Below are positions 61,396 to 64,000 of a DNA stretch of 64,000 nucleotides, in pieces. Position numbers and translations under genes: made by a program. This DNA comes from Macrostomum lignano (Eukaryota), in contig NIVC01000124.1 in the NCBI GenBank assembly GCA_002269645.1, positions 62,001 through 126,000 of the forward strand, in the 5' to 3' direction. The notes under the pieces were generated by a model. The model did not search any database. It saw only the letters and a list, made by a program, of their open reading frames with translations, and was not told the DNA's origin. The first letter of the stretch is position 1. Every line of letters begins with the position of its first letter.

Positions 61396-63983
61396 AACTG
61401 GCCAAACTTTCGGCACCAAAAGATAAAAACTGCCCCCCACCCCACTGCAGATAGAAAAGTGCAGTTCAGACTGAGTAGGAACTTGGCGCTGGGGAACACA
61501 TCGAGCTACCATCGGATTTTGGGGTGCCCCATGCGCAACTGTGTGAGGCTCTCTCTGGTGTGCTGTTGGGAATAACATAACTGCATGTGCTTGAGAGGGG
61601 TGGCGGCTGATCTTCATATTGGGACATTGGGAATTGGGATTTGGATTTAGCGAATCGGGTCTGGGAATCTGGGGGAGGAAGTTGAAATGGAGGATTTGGG
61701 AAATGGGGAATTCGGATTGGGGAATTCGGATTGGGGAATTCGGATAGGGGAATTCGGATTGGGGAATTCGGATTGGGGAATTCGGATTGGGGAATTCGGA
61801 TTGGGGAATTCGGATTGGGGAACTCGGATTGGGGAATTCGGATTGGGGAATTCGGATTGGGGAATTCGGATTGGAGAATTCGGATTGGGGAATTCGGATT
61901 GGAGAACTCGGATTGGGGAATTCGGATTAGGGAACTCGGATTGGGGAACTCGGATTGGGGAATTCGGATTGGGGAATTCGGATTGGAGAATTCGGATTGG
62001 GGAACTCGGATTGGGGAACTCGGATTGGGGAATTCGGATTGGGGAATTCGGATTGGGGAATTCGGATTGGGGAATTCGGATTGGGGAATTCGGATTGGGG
62101 AATTTGGATTGGGGAATTCGGATTGGGGAATTCGGATTGGGGATCAATTCGGATTGGGGATCAATTCGGATTGGGGAATTCGGATTGGGGAATTCGGATT
62201 GGGGAATTCGGATTGGGGAATTCGGTATTGGGGGATTCGGATTTGGAAATTTGGATTGGGAATCGGGAAATGTTGAATCGGGAAATGGGGAATCGTGAAA
62301 TGTGGAATCTGGAAATAGGGTATCGGGCAATTGGTAATTTTGACATATTTAAAATCCCGATATTTTAGCATCTGATTGAGACAATATAGACGAAGACCTG
62401 CCTTGATCACAACGATCCTCAAGTGTCTATGGTCAAAGTCTCTATTTCAAGCATCAATTACTTAATAAAACCTAAATAAGTATATTTTAAGAATTATAGT
62501 TTCCTATATATATTCCAATAACCGTTATACTGCTGCTAAGTGTCCAACCCATAAACTGATCCTTTCACTCTGATGCCCAACAGGACTCGCTGCTCTGACC
62601 CATGCTTTCACCATCTCGACGGAGCCGTCCCTGGTGCCGCTAACCCTGCCGCTTCTATTCGAGATTGGCGAGGACGAGGATGACAGGAAATTTGCTTATC
62701 TTGGCAAGCGAGGCGGCTGGAAACCGGCTTGGATTGAGTTTGAGCAGCACAACAAATCTCTAGTGCTCAGAAAGCTGAGGCCGTCTGCGGCTTCCATTGC
62801 AAAGAATAAAACCCGGAAAATTGGTGAGTTCGAGGATTTTTCGGTCAGCAATTTGGGGCCACTAAAATTTATTTTCGGCGCCTATATTTAGCGCCAATCC
62901 TCAAGGGCTCATTTAAAATAGCAAAATAATTTGGCGCCAAAGTGGCGCCGATTCAAAATTTCCGTGTGAAAAGTTTCTCATTTAAACTAATTTAGGTGCC
63001 AATTAAGTACCGCTTTTGATACGATCTGTAGCAATCAAATTTGCGCAAATGTTGCAAAATTATGACTAATAATTACAAATTACACGGTTTGGAGTAACTT
63101 TCGAAATCCTAACTTCGCCCATTTGATAGTTGCACTCGAGTCGCTGCAACGAATCTCAGCGGAAGCGGCCGATAACGACGCCGAATACTCGCCGGTGAGC
63201 TGGGGTTACAAAATTACAAAAAAATCTTTAAAACGTATTTTTCAGTTTTAAGAGTCTCTTGTATCTTTAAGTTCCAACTTTAGAAATTTTAAAACAGAAT
63301 TCTTTGAAAGGCAAATTTGAAATGCGGAAATTCGAAATCGGGAAATAAGAAGCCAATGTTCAAAATTTTAAATCGAAAAATTATAAATCCTAACCTAAGC
63401 AAGAAATTCAATCAATCTGATGAATAGGAATCCAGACATAAAAAATCGAAATTAAAAGAAGTCTAAACATAAAGCAAATTGATTTAAAATTTAAAATTTG
63501 TTGATTAGCTAACAAAAACTTTAGTTTTGATGATTAGCTATAAATCTAATAGCTACGAGTAATTCAAAGTATTGAAAATCAGAAACCTATATATTGAAAT
63601 ATATAATATATATACTGAAATAATATATCTGTAAAAATTAAAAAAACAATCACGAAGTAACAAACTAGAAAACTTGTATCTGACAAAACTGAAGCAAAAA
63701 ATAAGGAATCCTGGAGTTCTAGAAATTAAAATTCTAAAGTAAAAACTCGAACATTTTAGTCTAGTTTAAATAAAAGTTGAAAAAGTCTAGAAACCCAAAA
63801 ATTAAAAACAAATTTTGAAATTAGAAATTCAACCATAAAAATCTGGTAAGTAAGGAATGAAAAAATTGGAATTCAAAAGGAAGAAAATTTATTTTTTCAA
63901 TCCTGAAATTTAAACCCGGAAAATCAGCCAGCTGGATGAATTCAGAAACCACCCCACCGAAATGACAGGACTCCCCCATCGCG
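60148..63983 (+). CDS. Probable multi-exon gene of unknown family, 3'-incomplete; candidate exons 60148-60316, 62584-62823, 63130-63194, 63932-63983
   Basis: GC-rich, coding-like segments with AG/GT ends that chain in phase. N-terminal hydrophobic segment. AYLGKRGGWKPAWIEF is weakly PH-like. No firm homology recognised. Confidence 0.45.
60485..60920. repeat. 12/13-bp composite minisatellite (aacaggggattct / aacaggggtgct)
   Basis: Direct observation. Confidence 0.9.
61327..61395. repeat. (CT)n microsatellite
   Basis: Direct observation. Confidence 0.97.
61700..62270. repeat. 15-bp minisatellite (ggggaattcggattg)
   Basis: Direct observation. Confidence 0.95.
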
Positions 63984-64000
63984 GTGAGTTTGCATCGCTC

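Overview
Eukaryotic (animal) genomic DNA with GC-rich exons, AT-rich intergenic stretches and introns packed with minisatellites. This style resembles a free-living flatworm such as Macrostomum, which is an inference only. Genes reconstructed by hand with GT-AG splice sites and consistent phases: the terminal exon of a DOCK6/7/8-type GEF; a PAN/apple + F-type (fucose) lectin with an apparent frameshift; RPS27; a 14-exon tandem-domain tyrosine phosphatase with degenerate catalytic motifs (Ptp36E-like); a Sex-lethal/ELAV-like 2-RRM gene with an apparent 1-nt frameshift; a CDPF1-like gene; an odd-skipped zinc-finger gene; and a probable unidentified gene running off the 3' end. The stand-out element is a complete 3,357-bp Chapaev/RAG1-core-like DDE transposon at 15148-18504. 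It has CAC...GTG ends, a TTGC TSD, ~370-bp TIRs and an intact 683-aa ORF. It is inserted 20 bp after the RPS27 stop codon, and its two TIRs differ by 13 fully polarised C:G/T:A transitions, mostly at CpA. Also present: hAT-type MITEs (8-bp TSDs), some carrying an expandable GGCGCC minisatellite; tRNA/CORE SINEs; a decayed LINE; and two dense TAGGCCTA clusters. Most long ORFs in the supplied track are artefacts of tandem repeats.
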